Origin: an uncultured Prolixibacteraceae bacterium
GTDB lineage: Bacteria > Bacteroidota > Bacteroidia > Bacteroidales > Prolixibacteraceae
Direction of reading: 5' to 3'
Length of the DNA: 64,000 nt
Assembly: GCA_964495655.1 (NCBI GenBank)
Contig: CAZBWK010000003.1
Coordinates: 707 to 64,706, forward strand
The notes beneath the pieces were generated by a model. The model saw only the letters and a program-made list of their open reading frames with translations, had not been told where the DNA came from and made no database searches. Numbering within the stretch: position 1 is the stretch's first letter; each line of letters opens with the position of its first letter. Below are positions 1 to 10,024 of this stretch, one piece after another. The position numbers and the translations under genes are program-made.

Positions 1-2479
1 TCATGTATTTATTGCGACCGACAGTGATTGCCCAGTAAATAGGACGTTCCCAGTTATTAGTTGCCAGCATATCCAGAATGATCATCTCATCCTTCGGAAT
101 ATAGTTTTTATTTGACAGGTCAATTGTAATTGAGTCGACAATCTTATCATAATCTTCAGGTTTCACGACATTATTTTTAATGACAGCCTCTTTATCGATT
201 TTATATGTCAGCACTTTTTTTGGTATATAAGCTGCGTTTCCGGCCTGTTGAAGCTTTGTTGCAGGATTATCATCAGTGATAAAATCAACAGCCTCTTTAA
301 GGCCGACAGAATTTCTTGATATTCTGGGGTCATCCATCAGGTAAACTATATCGCGGGTACCCTGCCGGTATTTTTCGGGATCCATTGATATTGGTATCGG
401 GTCTGATTCATAAGCTTTTCGTCTCATTTGATTTATGTACCAGTCGGTCTGAAGATAACTAAGGTTACAAACTCTCACATCAGTTCGCACTCCTTCTACT
501 TCCTGGTTATACCACAATGGGAAAGTGTCATTGTCTCCGTTTGTAAATATAATACCGTTTGGCTGGCATGTTTTAAGGTAATTTGCTCCCAGGTCTCTTG
601 CTGTATAACGCCCTGACCGGTCGTGATCGTCCCAGTTTTCGGCCGCCATGATTCCCGGAACAAGAGTAAGGGTGAGAATAGCTGTGATCCCGGCAGCAAT
701 ATTTCCGGGCATATATTTTTTCAGAGCTTCGACAATTGCCGGCACTCCAAGTCCTATCCAGATAGAAAAGGCATAAAATGATCCTGCATAGGCATAGTCC
801 CTCTCTCTCGGCTGGTGTGGATATTGGTTGAGATAAACCACAATAGCAAGGCCTGTCATGAAAAAGAGCAGGAATACGACCCAGAGTCCCTGTTTCCCTT
901 CAACTCCCTTGTTATACTGGAAGAATATTCCGAGAATTCCGAGCAGTAAGGGCAGAAAATAATACTTATTCCGGGCTTTATTGTTTGCAAACCTGGCAGG
1001 AAGGTTTTCCTGGTCTCCCAACCGCCATTCATCAATGAATTTAATTCCGCTAATCCAGTTTCCGTGGAGCACTCCGCCATGTCCCTGTATATCATTCTGA
1101 CGGCCGGCAAAGTTCCACATGAAATAGCGAAAGTACATATGCCCTGCCTGATAACGAAAGAAAAAGCGCAGGTTTTCAGCGAAAGTTGGTTTAACGATTG
1201 TTTCAATCTCTCCGTTTTCATTTCGGTGTTGCACACGTCTTCCCTTGACATGGCCCCATTCCTGATAATCCTGAACATGTGCAGGTTCCATGTTACTCCA
1301 CATTCTCGGGAAGAAAGTTGTGAATTTGTCATCATAATTTGGTACTACTCTATGATCAGTGATAACATATTTGCCGTCAATTTGTGAGTAAATTGGTTTT
1401 CCTTCCTTATACCGTTCTGCCGGGTCCAGTGGAGAATTATAATACTGTCCGCGAACGAGAGGCCTGTTCCCGTATTGTTCCCTGTTCAGGTAACTGAGCA
1501 GGGCAAATACGTTGTTTGGACTGTTCTGGTCCATTGGCGGTTTTGCAGCAGAACGTATAATGATAAGTGCAAAAGTTGAATATCCGATAAGTATTACTGC
1601 AATACCAACGATTATTGTATTCCAGAATATTTTGTTTCTTTTTGTAGTGTATCTGATTCCGTAAACAATAGCTGCAATAATCAGTGCAATGTAGAAAAGT
1701 GCACCCGACTTATATGGAAGTCCGAACGAGTTGACAAAAAGAAGCTCAAACCATGAAGCAACTGTAACAGTTCCGGGAATGATCACCCACATAGTTATCG
1801 ATAATAGAAGGACAGATGCTCCGAGTGCAGCAATGAAGCCGTTTCTCGAAGGTTTATATTTTTTAAAGTAGTATACAAATACGATAGCCGGTATTGCCAG
1901 CAGGTTAAGAAGGTGTACCCCTATCGACAAGCCCATGATGTAGCAAATAAAGATCAGCCACCTGTTGGCATGTGGTTTGTCAGCTATATTTTCCCATTTT
2001 AATATTGCCCAGAACACAATAGCTGTTAACATAGATGAGAATGCATAAACTTCGCCTTCTACAGCAGAAAACCAAAAAGTATCAGAAAATGTATAAGCAA
2101 GAGATCCAACTGATCCGGCAATCATAATAGTAAGTGTGGTGCCGTTTTTAAGATCATCGGTATCAGAAATTATTTTTTTTGCCAGATGTGTTATGGTCCA
2201 GAAAAGGAACATAATGGTTACTGCACTTGCCAGGGCCGACATGGCATTTATAAGCACTGCGGCATTTTCACTGTTGGCAAAAATGGTAAAAAGCCGTCCG
2301 AATATCATAAATACCGGTGCTCCTGGCGGATGGCCAATCTCCAGTTTGTATGATGTGGTGATGAATTCACCGCAATCCCAAAAGCTGGTGGTTGGCTCAA
2401 TAGTCAGTAAATAAACTATCGAGGAGATAGCAAAAACTATCCAGCCGGTTATTGTGTTAATAAGATTATAATTTTTCAT
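1..2479 (-). CDS. DUF2723-domain integral membrane protein (GT-C-like, TMEM260-like glycosyltransferase family). Partial: about 826 aa in the window, C-terminus off the left edge
   Basis: My own translation of the minus strand from the ATG at 2479 gives MKNYNLINTITGWIVFAISSIVYLLTIEPTTSFWDCGEFITTSYKLEIGHPPGAPVF... The frame stays open to position 1, ending ...NNWERPIYWAITVGRNKYM. It is absent from the ORF track only because no stop lies in the window. The protein is multi-pass hydrophobic, and the EPT.SFWDCGEF and HPPGAP motifs are typical of DUF2723 proteins. Confidence 0.8.
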   Translation of the reverse strand, partial: MKNYNLINTITGWIVFAISSIVYLLTIEPTTSFWDCGEFITTSYKLEIGHPPGAPVFMIFGRLFTIFANSENAAVLINAMSALASAVTIMFLFWTITHLAKKIISDTDDLKNGTTLTIMIAGSVGSLAYTFSDTFWFSAVEGEVYAFSSMLTAIVFWAILKWENIADKPHANRWLIFICYIMGLSIGVHLLNLLAIPAIVFVYYFKKYKPSRNGFIAALGASVLLLSITMWVIIPGTVTVASWFELLFVNSFGLPYKSGALFYIALIIAAIVYGIRYTTKRNKIFWNTIIVGIAVILIGYSTFALIIIRSAAKPPMDQNSPNNVFALLSYLNREQYGNRPLVRGQYYNSPLDPAERYKEGKPIYSQIDGKYVITDHRVVPNYDDKFTTFFPRMWSNMEPAHVQDYQEWGHVKGRRVQHRNENGEIETIVKPTFAENLRFFFRYQAGHMYFRYFMWNFAGRQNDIQGHGGVLHGNWISGIKFIDEWRLGDQENLPARFANNKARNKYYFLPLLLGILGIFFQYNKGVEGKQGLWVVFLLFFMTGLAIVVYLNQYPHQPRERDYAYAGSFYAFSIWIGLGVPAIVEALKKYMPGNIAAGITAILTLTLVPGIMAAENWDDHDRSGRYTARDLGANYLKTCQPNGIIFTNGDNDTFPLWYNQEVEGVRTDVRVCNLSYLQTDWYINQMRRKAYESDPIPISMDPEKYRQGTRDIVYLMDDPRISRNSVGLKEAVDFITDDNPATKLQQAGNAAYIPKKVLTYKIDKEAVIKNNVVKPEDYDKIVDSITIDLSNKNYIPKDEMIILDMLATNNWERPIYWAITVGRNKYM

Positions 2480-2501
2480 CTGGTTAAAATTTTATAATTA
2501 C

Positions 2502-2569
2502 TTTCAAAGGTATCATATGGCTTGCACCGGTTTCGGCCGGGGGAACCCGCCTAACGATATGATTTAACC
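2502..2569. repeat. Copy A of a shared GC-rich upstream element (copy B at 11347-11430)
   Basis: The sequence tttcaaaggtatcatatggcttgcaccggtttcggccgggggaacccgcctaacgatatgatttaacc aligns by hand at about 70% identity to 11347-11407. Identical blocks are tttcaaaggt, tttcRgcc, gggaacccg and atatgRtttaa. It forms a GC-rich island in an AT-rich spacer. Confidence 0.5.
2505..2512 (-). promoter_or_regulatory. Putative -7 promoter box for the DUF2723 gene
   Basis: The minus strand reads TACCTTTG, matching the Bacteroidota primary-sigma -7 consensus TAnnTTTG. It lies about 25 nt upstream of the ATG at 2479. Confidence 0.45.
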
Positions 2570-2783
2570 TGTTTATTTTTAATATATCACACATAACCAC
2601 CGCATTTAATAAAAATATTACTGAGCGATCTTTCATCCTGCCATCTGGTTCAAGGTTATTCTGTCAATCATAGCTGTGGCTGATCAGATATTATTTGCGA
2701 AGATAATTGTTTTGTAATAAACAAACAGACCGCAAGGTTAATTTAAGAAATTTTAAAAATTAAGGTATTGATGACGGGTATTC

Positions 2784-3461
2784 CTAATTATTCCTGATCA
2801 GTTTATTTAGTTTTTCTTTATTTAAGATAGTTACCGTTCTCTTCTCTATAATAATCAGTTTTTCTTTTTGCATTTCTGAGAGCACACGGGCAAGTGACGG
2901 ACGTGTTACTCCAAACAGGTCAGCCAGTTCCTGCTGTGTATTTTTTAGTTCGATCGAATGAAAACGGTCTCCTGCTTTTTGTAAAATGTAATAGGCAATT
3001 TTTTCCTTTATTGTTTTGATAGTTAACAAGTTCAGTTTTTGCGTAAGGAATTGTGCACGCGATGATATTGCGTTTAAATAGTTTTTCAGAAGTTGCGCAT
3101 TAAGATGGAGCAATTTTAAAAAATCATCTATGGGCACGGACAGAATGGTCACGCTGTTATTTGCAATCACAGTAACCGGGAACCTGTTGTCAGAGCCAAA
3201 CAGAAAAGCTGTTGCCAATGGCCTCGGGGCTTCTATATCTTCTATTTTTATTGTGTTCCCTGAATAATCGTGAATCTCTCCGCTGACACTGCCGTTAAGA
3301 ATTATATAGAGGTACTTTACCTGGTCGCCCGCAAGAGCTATTATTTCTTGTATTTTATACTTTTTAATCTGATAATGAACCTTATCAAGAAGCAGGTTGG
3401 CTTCTTTTTCATCTATTCCCTGAAAAACCGGACACCTTTTTAGTGATTTATAATCTATCAT
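2784..3461 (-). CDS. hcpR: Crp/Fnr-family transcriptional regulator, probable HcpR
   Basis: 225 aa with an N-terminal cNMP-binding-like domain and a C-terminal HTH (QQELADLFGVTRPSLARVLSEMQ). It is divergent from hcp with a 99-nt spacer, the arrangement known for HcpR regulators. Confidence 0.7.
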   Translation of the reverse strand: MIDYKSLKRCPVFQGIDEKEANLLLDKVHYQIKKYKIQEIIALAGDQVKYLYIILNGSVSGEIHDYSGNTIKIEDIEAPRPLATAFLFGSDNRFPVTVIANNSVTILSVPIDDFLKLLHLNAQLLKNYLNAISSRAQFLTQKLNLLTIKTIKEKIAYYILQKAGDRFHSIELKNTQQELADLFGVTRPSLARVLSEMQKEKLIIIEKRTVTILNKEKLNKLIRNN

Positions 3462-3471
3462 TTATACGATT

Positions 3472-3515
3472 TGTAACAATTGATACATTTTTTACAATTC
3501 TATTGCATAATTTTG
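3472..3515 (+). promoter_or_regulatory. Putative hcp promoter: Crp/Fnr-type operator TGTAAC-N4-GATACA (3472-3487) plus -7 box TAATTTTG (3508-3515)
   Basis: A 16-bp imperfect palindrome, with one mismatch to GTTACA in the right half-site, is centred about 41-42 nt upstream of the transcription start predicted from the -7 box. That is class II activator geometry. It is the only such dyad in the hcpR-hcp spacer. Confidence 0.45.
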
Positions 3516-3560
3516 TCAGAAAGATAGTGTAATAATATTAATTTTTAAATCAGATATATT

Positions 3561-5222
3561 ATGAGTATGTTTTGTTTTCAGTGTCAGGAAGCAGCAAAAG
3601 GAACAGGCTGCACAGTAAAGGGAGTATGTGGAAAAACAAGCGACGTGGCAAATCTTCAGGATACCTTGCTTTATATCTTAAAAGGTATTAGCTGGTATAA
3701 TGATAAGTTACGGGCAAAAGGGTTGAATTCTTCTGCAGTCGATAAATTTATCTTTGACGGATTATTCAGTACGATCACTAATGCAAATTTCGACAAAAAC
3801 AGCTTTGTTAAACGTATAGATGAAGCTTTCAGTCTCCGTGATGAACTTCACGGTAAATGCAAAGAATCATCAGTTGAATTACCTGCTGATTTACCCGATT
3901 TCGCTACATGGAGAGGGTCAGCTGTCGAAGAATTAGAAGCCAAAGGCATGAGTGCCGGGGTGCTAAGTACCGAAAATGAGGATATCAGGTCTTTAAGGGA
4001 ACTGGTGGTTTACGGATTGAAAGGTATGGCTGCTTATGCCGAGCATGCATGGAACCTGGGATTTAAAAAAGATGAGATCTTTGCGTTCATGCAGCGTGCA
4101 TTGGTTGCTGTAACTGAAGATTTGAGTGTGGATGAACTTGTGCAACTGACCCTTGACACCGGGAAGTTCGGGGTTGAAGTTATGGCATTGCTTGATCAGG
4201 CCAATACATCCGCCTATGGTAATCCTGAAATTACAAAAGTTAATATCGGCGTAAGAAACAATCCCGGGATACTTATTTCTGGCCATGACATGAAGGATAT
4301 GGATGAACTGTTGAAGCAGACCGAAGGGACAGGAGTGGATATATACACTCACAGTGAAATGCTTCCGGCAAACTACTATCCTGCATTTAAAAAGTATAAA
4401 CATCTTGTTGGGAATTACGGCAATGCCTGGTGGAAGCAAAAAGAGGAGTTTGAAACCTTTAACGGACCAGTCCTTTTTACAACCAATTGTATTGTTCCTC
4501 CTCTGAAGAATGCATCCTATACAGGCAGGATATACACAACCGGTGCATCAGGCCTTGAGGGAGCAGTGCATATTCCTGACAGGAAAAACGGGGAGATGAA
4601 AGATTTCAGCATAATCATTGAGCATGCTAAAAAATGTGCACCGCCACAGCAAATTGAGAACGGTGAAATTACGGGCGGATTTGCTCATGCACAAGTATTT
4701 GCACTGGCTGATAAAATTGTTGATGCAGTAAAATCCGGAGCTGTTAAAAAGTTTTTTGTAATGGCTGGTTGCGATGGCCGTATGAAAAGCAGGGAGTATT
4801 ACACCCGGTTTGCTGAGCAATTACCCAAAGATACGGTAATTTTAACTGCAGGATGTGCAAAATACCGTTATAATAAGTTGCCATTGGGTGATATAGGCGG
4901 TATTCCGAGAGTTCTTGACGCAGGACAATGTAACGATTCATATTCACTGGCGGTTATTGCTCTTAAACTTAAAGAGATTTTTGAATTAAGTGACATCAAT
5001 GACCTTCCTGTTGCCTATAATATCGCCTGGTATGAACAAAAGGCAGTGATTGTTTTACTTGCATTGCTTTACTTAGGGGTTAAAAATATCCACCTTGGTC
5101 CGACATTGCCGGCTTTCCTTTCTCCGAATGTAGCAAAGGTGCTTACTGAAACATTTGGCATTGCCGGAATTACTGAACCGGAAGCAGATATTAAGATGTT
5201 TATGGGTGAAAGCGCAGCATAA
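3561..5222 (+). CDS. hcp: Hybrid-cluster protein / hydroxylamine reductase
   Basis: 553 aa. The N-terminal cysteine motif is [23 protein letters not shown]. Length and conserved blocks (GHDMKD, NCIVPP, AGCDG, GQCND) are typical of Hcp. Confidence 0.95.
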   Translation: MSMFCFQCQEAAKGTGCTVKGVCGKTSDVANLQDTLLYILKGISWYNDKLRAKGLNSSAVDKFIFDGLFSTITNANFDKNSFVKRIDEAFSLRDELHGKCKESSVELPADLPDFATWRGSAVEELEAKGMSAGVLSTENEDIRSLRELVVYGLKGMAAYAEHAWNLGFKKDEIFAFMQRALVAVTEDLSVDELVQLTLDTGKFGVEVMALLDQANTSAYGNPEITKVNIGVRNNPGILISGHDMKDMDELLKQTEGTGVDIYTHSEMLPANYYPAFKKYKHLVGNYGNAWWKQKEEFETFNGPVLFTTNCIVPPLKNASYTGRIYTTGASGLEGAVHIPDRKNGEMKDFSIIIEHAKKCAPPQQIENGEITGGFAHAQVFALADKIVDAVKSGAVKKFFVMAGCDGRMKSREYYTRFAEQLPKDTVILTAGCAKYRYNKLPLGDIGGIPRVLDAGQCNDSYSLAVIALKLKEIFELSDINDLPVAYNIAWYEQKAVIVLLALLYLGVKNIHLGPTLPAFLSPNVAKVLTETFGIAGITEPEADIKMFMGESAA

Positions 5223-5350
5223 GATTTTCAATATTAAATAAAAAAGAATTTAGTCCTATTTAAAATATTAATTTTGCAGTCAGGCTGACGAAATAGTAAA
5301 TTTGTAATTAATATGTAAATGCGATTAAATCAATAAATTAAAGTAATATT

Positions 5351-6430
5351 ATGAAGAGAATATCAGAAGTTGTAAAACCGGGTGTCGTAACAGGGCCCGA
5401 TGTGCAATATATTTTTAAGGTAGCCCAGGAAAATAATTTTGCACTTCCTGCAGTCAATGTTGTTGGTTCATCATCAATCAATTCTGTAATGGAAGCTGCC
5501 AAACTGGCTAATTCACCTGTTATAATCCAGTTTTCGAATGGCGGAGCAGCTTTTAATGCCGGTAAAGGATTGAAGCTTGAAGGTCTTGAATCTGCAGTAA
5601 TTGGAGCAATTGCAGGGGCAAAGCATATTCACACTCTGGCTGAAGCATACGGAGTCCGGGTAATACTGCATACTGATCATGCTGCCAAAAAACTTCTACC
5701 ATGGATTGACGGGATGCTTGAAGCAGGTGAAAAACATTATGCCGTGACAGGAAAGCCTCTCTACAGCTCTCACATGCTGGACCTTTCTGAAGAGACACTT
5801 GAAGATAATATTGCTATCAGCAAAAAGTATCTTGAAAGAATGAGTAAGATCGGCATGACCCTTGAGATCGAACTTGGGGTTACCGGTGGAGAAGAGGATG
5901 GTGTTGACAATACCGAAGTCGACAGTTCAAGGTTATATACACAGCCAGAAGAGGTTTGCTATGCTTACGAAGAGCTTAGCAAGGTAAGCCCTGATTTTAC
6001 AATTGCTGCTTCTTTTGGGAATGTTCACGGTGTTTATAAACCAGGGAATGTGAAACTTCAACCGATTATTCTGAAGAAATCACAGGAGTACATTAAAAAT
6101 AAATTTGGCCTTAAAGAGGATAATCCTGTTTATTTTGTTTTCCACGGTGGTTCCGGTTCGTCACATGAGGAGATCCGTGAAGCTATAGATTATGGTGTAA
6201 TTAAAATGAACATTGATACTGATACTCAGTGGGCATTTTGGGATGGTATCCGTAAATATGAAGCTGAAAAGCATGATTACCTGCAGGCCCAGATAGGTAA
6301 CCCGGAAGGAGAAGATAAACCGAATAAGAAGTTTTATGATCCCCGTGTATGGCTTCGTAAAGGTGAAGAATCAATGGTTGCCCGGTTGCAGCAGGCATTT
6401 GAAGATCTCAATGCAATAAATACAATTTAG
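5351..6430 (+). CDS. fba: Fructose-bisphosphate aldolase, class II
   Basis: 359 aa. Blocks FALPAVNV, PVIIQFSNGGA, HTDH, ASFGNVHGVYKPGNV and FVFHGGSGS match class IIa FBP aldolases. Confidence 0.9.
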   Translation: MKRISEVVKPGVVTGPDVQYIFKVAQENNFALPAVNVVGSSSINSVMEAAKLANSPVIIQFSNGGAAFNAGKGLKLEGLESAVIGAIAGAKHIHTLAEAYGVRVILHTDHAAKKLLPWIDGMLEAGEKHYAVTGKPLYSSHMLDLSEETLEDNIAISKKYLERMSKIGMTLEIELGVTGGEEDGVDNTEVDSSRLYTQPEEVCYAYEELSKVSPDFTIAASFGNVHGVYKPGNVKLQPIILKKSQEYIKNKFGLKEDNPVYFVFHGGSGSSHEEIREAIDYGVIKMNIDTDTQWAFWDGIRKYEAEKHDYLQAQIGNPEGEDKPNKKFYDPRVWLRKGEESMVARLQQAFEDLNAINTI

Positions 6431-6453
6431 TTAAGAGATAAAATTGAGTATAT

Positions 6454-6489
6454 AAAAAAGGGGCACTGAATTTTCAGGGCCCCTTTTTT
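6454..6489. terminator. Bidirectional intrinsic terminator after fba
   Basis: The sequence aaaaaaGGGGCactgaattttcaggGCCCCtttttt has a GGGGC/GCCCC stem flanked by an A-run and a T-run. It begins 24 nt after the fba stop. Confidence 0.7.
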
Positions 6490-6493
6490 ATAT

Positions 6494-6607
6494 ATCCGGC
6501 TGCCATGATTTATCCGTTCGCTCAAGCGAACGGCAATGGATAAGGCATTGAACAATCTGGCTGCCATGATCAGAGCCTTATCCATTGCCGTCGGCTTCAG
6601 CCGACGG
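6494..6607. repeat. Nested inverted-repeat element (REP/MITE-like) between fba and the HEAT/DUF1080 gene
   Basis: 33-nt arms at 6514-6546 and 6575-6607 are inverse complements (28/33). Each arm carries an 8-bp hairpin, ccgttcgc-tcaa-gcgaacgg and ccgtcggc-ttca-gccgacgg. Four of the five arm differences are compensatory within the hairpin stems. A 16-nt direct repeat atcYggctgccatgat occurs at 6494-6509 and 6555-6570. Confidence 0.7.
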
Positions 6608-6610
6608 TTG

Positions 6611-9600
6611 TTAGAGCTCTTTGATTCTTATATTTCTGAATTTCAGTTCTGAACCATGCCCGAGAAAACCTATATATCCTTCGGTCTTTTTCAATCCCGG
6701 ATGATCCCTGCCGTCCATTGTGCCGTTTTTACTGGCTTCGGCTGTGTCTCCGTCAAGGATAACCGTACCGTTAAGGGTAACAGTGATGCGGGTACCTTTA
6801 ACTACTACCTCCTGTTCATTCCATTGTCCTACCGGTTTCAGGAATCCTCTTTTTGCCGGGATCACACCATAAACAGAGCCATGGTATTGGTATTCCCTGA
6901 GGTTTGCATATACAGGGGCCGTATTATCCAGTATTTGCAATTCAATTCCTGAATATGCAACATCTCCTGTAAGAGGAGCTCTTATTCCCAGTCCGTTATT
7001 TGCACCGGGTGTAAGTTGAAATTCAAAACGGATGATAAAATCGCTGTACTCTTTGTCGGTATAGAGGTTACCATGGCCTCCCCTTGAGGGCCTGACGAGA
7101 AGTTCACCATTTCTTGGAATATAATCTGTTGTATTACCCTGCCATCCTTCAAGGTTCATTCCGTTAAACAGTGATACAAACCCTTCATCTATCTCTTCTT
7201 TAGTCAATCCGTATTCCTTTGTATTAATTTCACGAACATAAATATCCCTGAATGCAAGGTCTGTACCGTGAGCCTGAAGCTCAAGAGGGCCTTTTTCAAA
7301 AATAGGAATACTGCGGTCCCAGTAGTTTTCCATGATAACATTATCGACTACCAACTCACCGTTAAAATAGACCGTGACTTTCTCTCCGATCATTGTAATG
7401 TGAAAAGTATTCCACTCTCCAATAGGATTATCAGCTACCTTCAGAGGTTTGCTTTCATGTTTTTGATTGTTATACAGACCGCCTGAACCGACCTGTGCAC
7501 CTACTTCAACTCTTGTTGTATCCCAGATCTGAACCTGAGGTGTTCCGCGAAGATAGATACCGCTGTCACCATCCTTTGTTATTCTCCAGTCAACTATCAT
7601 TTCAAAATCGCCATATTCCTTAATTGTGCAAAGATTAGCTCCCTTACCGTTAAACACAATGGTATTGTCTTTTACACTCCAGTTTTCCAGCATCGCCTTG
7701 TTAGCTTCCACCTGTTTTTTTGCCAGTTCCTCTTTACTCATCTTTGCACGGGTTATCGGGTTACCAACCAGTCCCTGCCAGCCATCGAGGTTTTTACCGT
7801 TGAAAATTGAGACAAAGCCTTTTTCATCTGGCATTTTATCGAGATAGTTCTTAATATTGATCTTATCATAATCGCTTTCAGCACCGCTGATTAAAGAAGC
7901 TACCCTTTTCAGCATATTTTCTACAATTTCGCCTGTAAATCCGTTTTCACCGTTGTCATCCGGCAGCGCTATTTTCATTATTGCACGCGCTGCTGACTGC
8001 TGAAGATCGCTGTTGTCAAGATATTGTTCAAGATAAACCAGCGAGAGGAATGTTTTTAAATTACCTATTGAATTAATAACCGCTTTTTTATCGTCATCGC
8101 TATTTGCATAAGGCATAATTTTTCTGTACTGTAACAACTTTTGGTCATCGGGAAGATTTGCAGAGCGTACCTGGCGCACAAAGCTTTCAAATGCCTTTTT
8201 TTGATGATCTCCTGAATATGATTCACAAATTTCATAGAGAGAAGCAGCGGCCGAATACTCTTTCCAGTTTGTCAAAGCTTCAAAAGCTGCCTGTTTTACA
8301 GAACCTGACGAATTATTGAAATAGTCTGTTACTGTCTTTAATGCAATATCTCCTCCTAATTCCGGAAGGATGGGAATTAGACGTTCTTTATTTCCGCTAT
8401 TTTTCAATGTCTGCAGTATTATACCGTTTTCTGTTTTTTCAGCCGGTACTCCTTTTGCTGCAGCCACAACAGCTGACTGCACCTGATTTATCTCTTTGTC
8501 ATTATTTACCGAAAGCAGAAGATTGATCAATTCAGGCAGGTTATCGGCGGCAGCTACACTCTTAAGGGCATTGAATGCTGATTCTTTTTCTTCCTGGTTG
8601 CCTGATTTGGTGAGGCTTATGATATCCTGAAAGTATTCCTCTCCCGATTTTGATGCAATAAGGTCAACTAAAGCAGCCTTGACAGCACCTGAAGTACGGG
8701 TCAGACCGGCGGCTACCGGTTTTAAATGATCCCGGTCAAGCAGCTGCATAAGTGCATTTTTTGCTTCAGGCACATCATTGCCATTAAGCAGGTGAGCAGT
8801 AAGTTGTGGAACAGCGTCTTTACCTTTTAGTTTAACAAGGGCAGAAATAGCCTCCCTTCGGATGTCAGGTGATGTTGAACTTAGGTTTTCTGATATGAAT
8901 TCTATTGCCAGGGGATCACCTCTTCTGCCGAGCATATCAATTATCTCTGCCCTGACTTCAGGAGAAGCCGCTTGCGCTTTGTTCAGCCACTGTCGGGTAC
9001 TGGCAATATCTCCTGTTTTTTCAGCAATGTTAAGTACCGACATGCGGAATGCTTTATCGTTGTTGTCGACACCCTGCAGTAAAAGAGGCATTGCCTCATA
9101 ACCGAAATGTTTTGCATATACAGCAAGGGCTCCTGAATAGTTGTGCAACCTGTCGTCTGAGCGGTTTGCTTTCATAATTGCTTTTAAAGCTTTTTGGCCC
9201 TGTTTTAAGTTGCCAGACTGTGTCAGGTTATCGGCATACACAAGAAATGCTTCAGCAGCATTAGTCGGTTCATATTTGAAATCCACCTTTTTAGCAGCAT
9301 TGAACAACAACTGGTATGAAGCAGGGTCACCTAAATTTGCCAGGGTTGTATAAACCACTTTCCGGAGAGCGGGATTATCAGAACCAGCAAAAGCAGAGAC
9401 CGGCTTTTCGGCAAATCTGTATTTCAGTTCGCCCAGCGCTTTTATAAGGGTGATCTTTGATTGTTCCGCAGAGTTAGGAAGAGCTTCCAGAAGGGCACGT
9501 CCTGCTGTTTCTGAACCTATAGACAAAAGAGTCTGGGTAGCTGGTTCAATTAATTTTTCGTCTGACAGGTATTTTTTTACCTCATCCACCGACCTGCTGC

Positions 9601-10003
9601 CTCCGATAAGATTTAACTGGTTAAGTAAAAATGTCTTGACCTCAACGTCTGAATGTGCATTCAAAGCTTTCAGCAGGCTTGTTTCAACGAAGTTGCCTGC
9701 TGATTCTTTTCCAAAGCTGCCGGCATAGCGGGCAAGATTGTTAATGGCATAGCGGACTGCTGTATCGTCGCCAACTCCGGGAGGAGTTAACTGGTCAGCC
9801 AGCTTTTGAAAACCTTCCGCCCCCAATCCAACCAGCTCATTCATCAGCCTGTCGCGGTGTACGAGGTCATTTGCCGGCATTTGAGCCAGTATGTCAGCTA
9901 TTTTGGTATCCATTGTGCGCCTGTCCTGCGCCACTGTCATGGTTGAAATAATGGCAAATATCAGAATAGCAGTTAATTGATATATCTTTTTATTCATTTT
10001 CAT
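6611..10003 (-). CDS. Secreted HEAT-repeat protein with two C-terminal DUF1080 (3-keto-disaccharide hydrolase-like) domains
   Basis: 1130 aa with the signal peptide MKMNKKIYQLTAILIFAIISTMTVAQ. About 720 aa of helical HEAT-like repeats are followed by two beta-rich modules. The modules span aa 729-926 (nt 7226-7819) and aa 941-1130 (nt 6614-7183). Each opens GFVS(I/L)FNG.NL.GWQG and closes ..FR(D/N)I..(R/K)E(I/L), as in DUF1080. Confidence 0.7.
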   Translation of the reverse strand: MKMNKKIYQLTAILIFAIISTMTVAQDRRTMDTKIADILAQMPANDLVHRDRLMNELVGLGAEGFQKLADQLTPPGVGDDTAVRYAINNLARYAGSFGKESAGNFVETSLLKALNAHSDVEVKTFLLNQLNLIGGSRSVDEVKKYLSDEKLIEPATQTLLSIGSETAGRALLEALPNSAEQSKITLIKALGELKYRFAEKPVSAFAGSDNPALRKVVYTTLANLGDPASYQLLFNAAKKVDFKYEPTNAAEAFLVYADNLTQSGNLKQGQKALKAIMKANRSDDRLHNYSGALAVYAKHFGYEAMPLLLQGVDNNDKAFRMSVLNIAEKTGDIASTRQWLNKAQAASPEVRAEIIDMLGRRGDPLAIEFISENLSSTSPDIRREAISALVKLKGKDAVPQLTAHLLNGNDVPEAKNALMQLLDRDHLKPVAAGLTRTSGAVKAALVDLIASKSGEEYFQDIISLTKSGNQEEKESAFNALKSVAAADNLPELINLLLSVNNDKEINQVQSAVVAAAKGVPAEKTENGIILQTLKNSGNKERLIPILPELGGDIALKTVTDYFNNSSGSVKQAAFEALTNWKEYSAAASLYEICESYSGDHQKKAFESFVRQVRSANLPDDQKLLQYRKIMPYANSDDDKKAVINSIGNLKTFLSLVYLEQYLDNSDLQQSAARAIMKIALPDDNGENGFTGEIVENMLKRVASLISGAESDYDKINIKNYLDKMPDEKGFVSIFNGKNLDGWQGLVGNPITRAKMSKEELAKKQVEANKAMLENWSVKDNTIVFNGKGANLCTIKEYGDFEMIVDWRITKDGDSGIYLRGTPQVQIWDTTRVEVGAQVGSGGLYNNQKHESKPLKVADNPIGEWNTFHITMIGEKVTVYFNGELVVDNVIMENYWDRSIPIFEKGPLELQAHGTDLAFRDIYVREINTKEYGLTKEEIDEGFVSLFNGMNLEGWQGNTTDYIPRNGELLVRPSRGGHGNLYTDKEYSDFIIRFEFQLTPGANNGLGIRAPLTGDVAYSGIELQILDNTAPVYANLREYQYHGSVYGVIPAKRGFLKPVGQWNEQEVVVKGTRITVTLNGTVILDGDTAEASKNGTMDGRDHPGLKKTEGYIGFLGHGSELKFRNIRIKEL

Positions 10004-10024
10004 TGTATTATAAATTATTATTTA

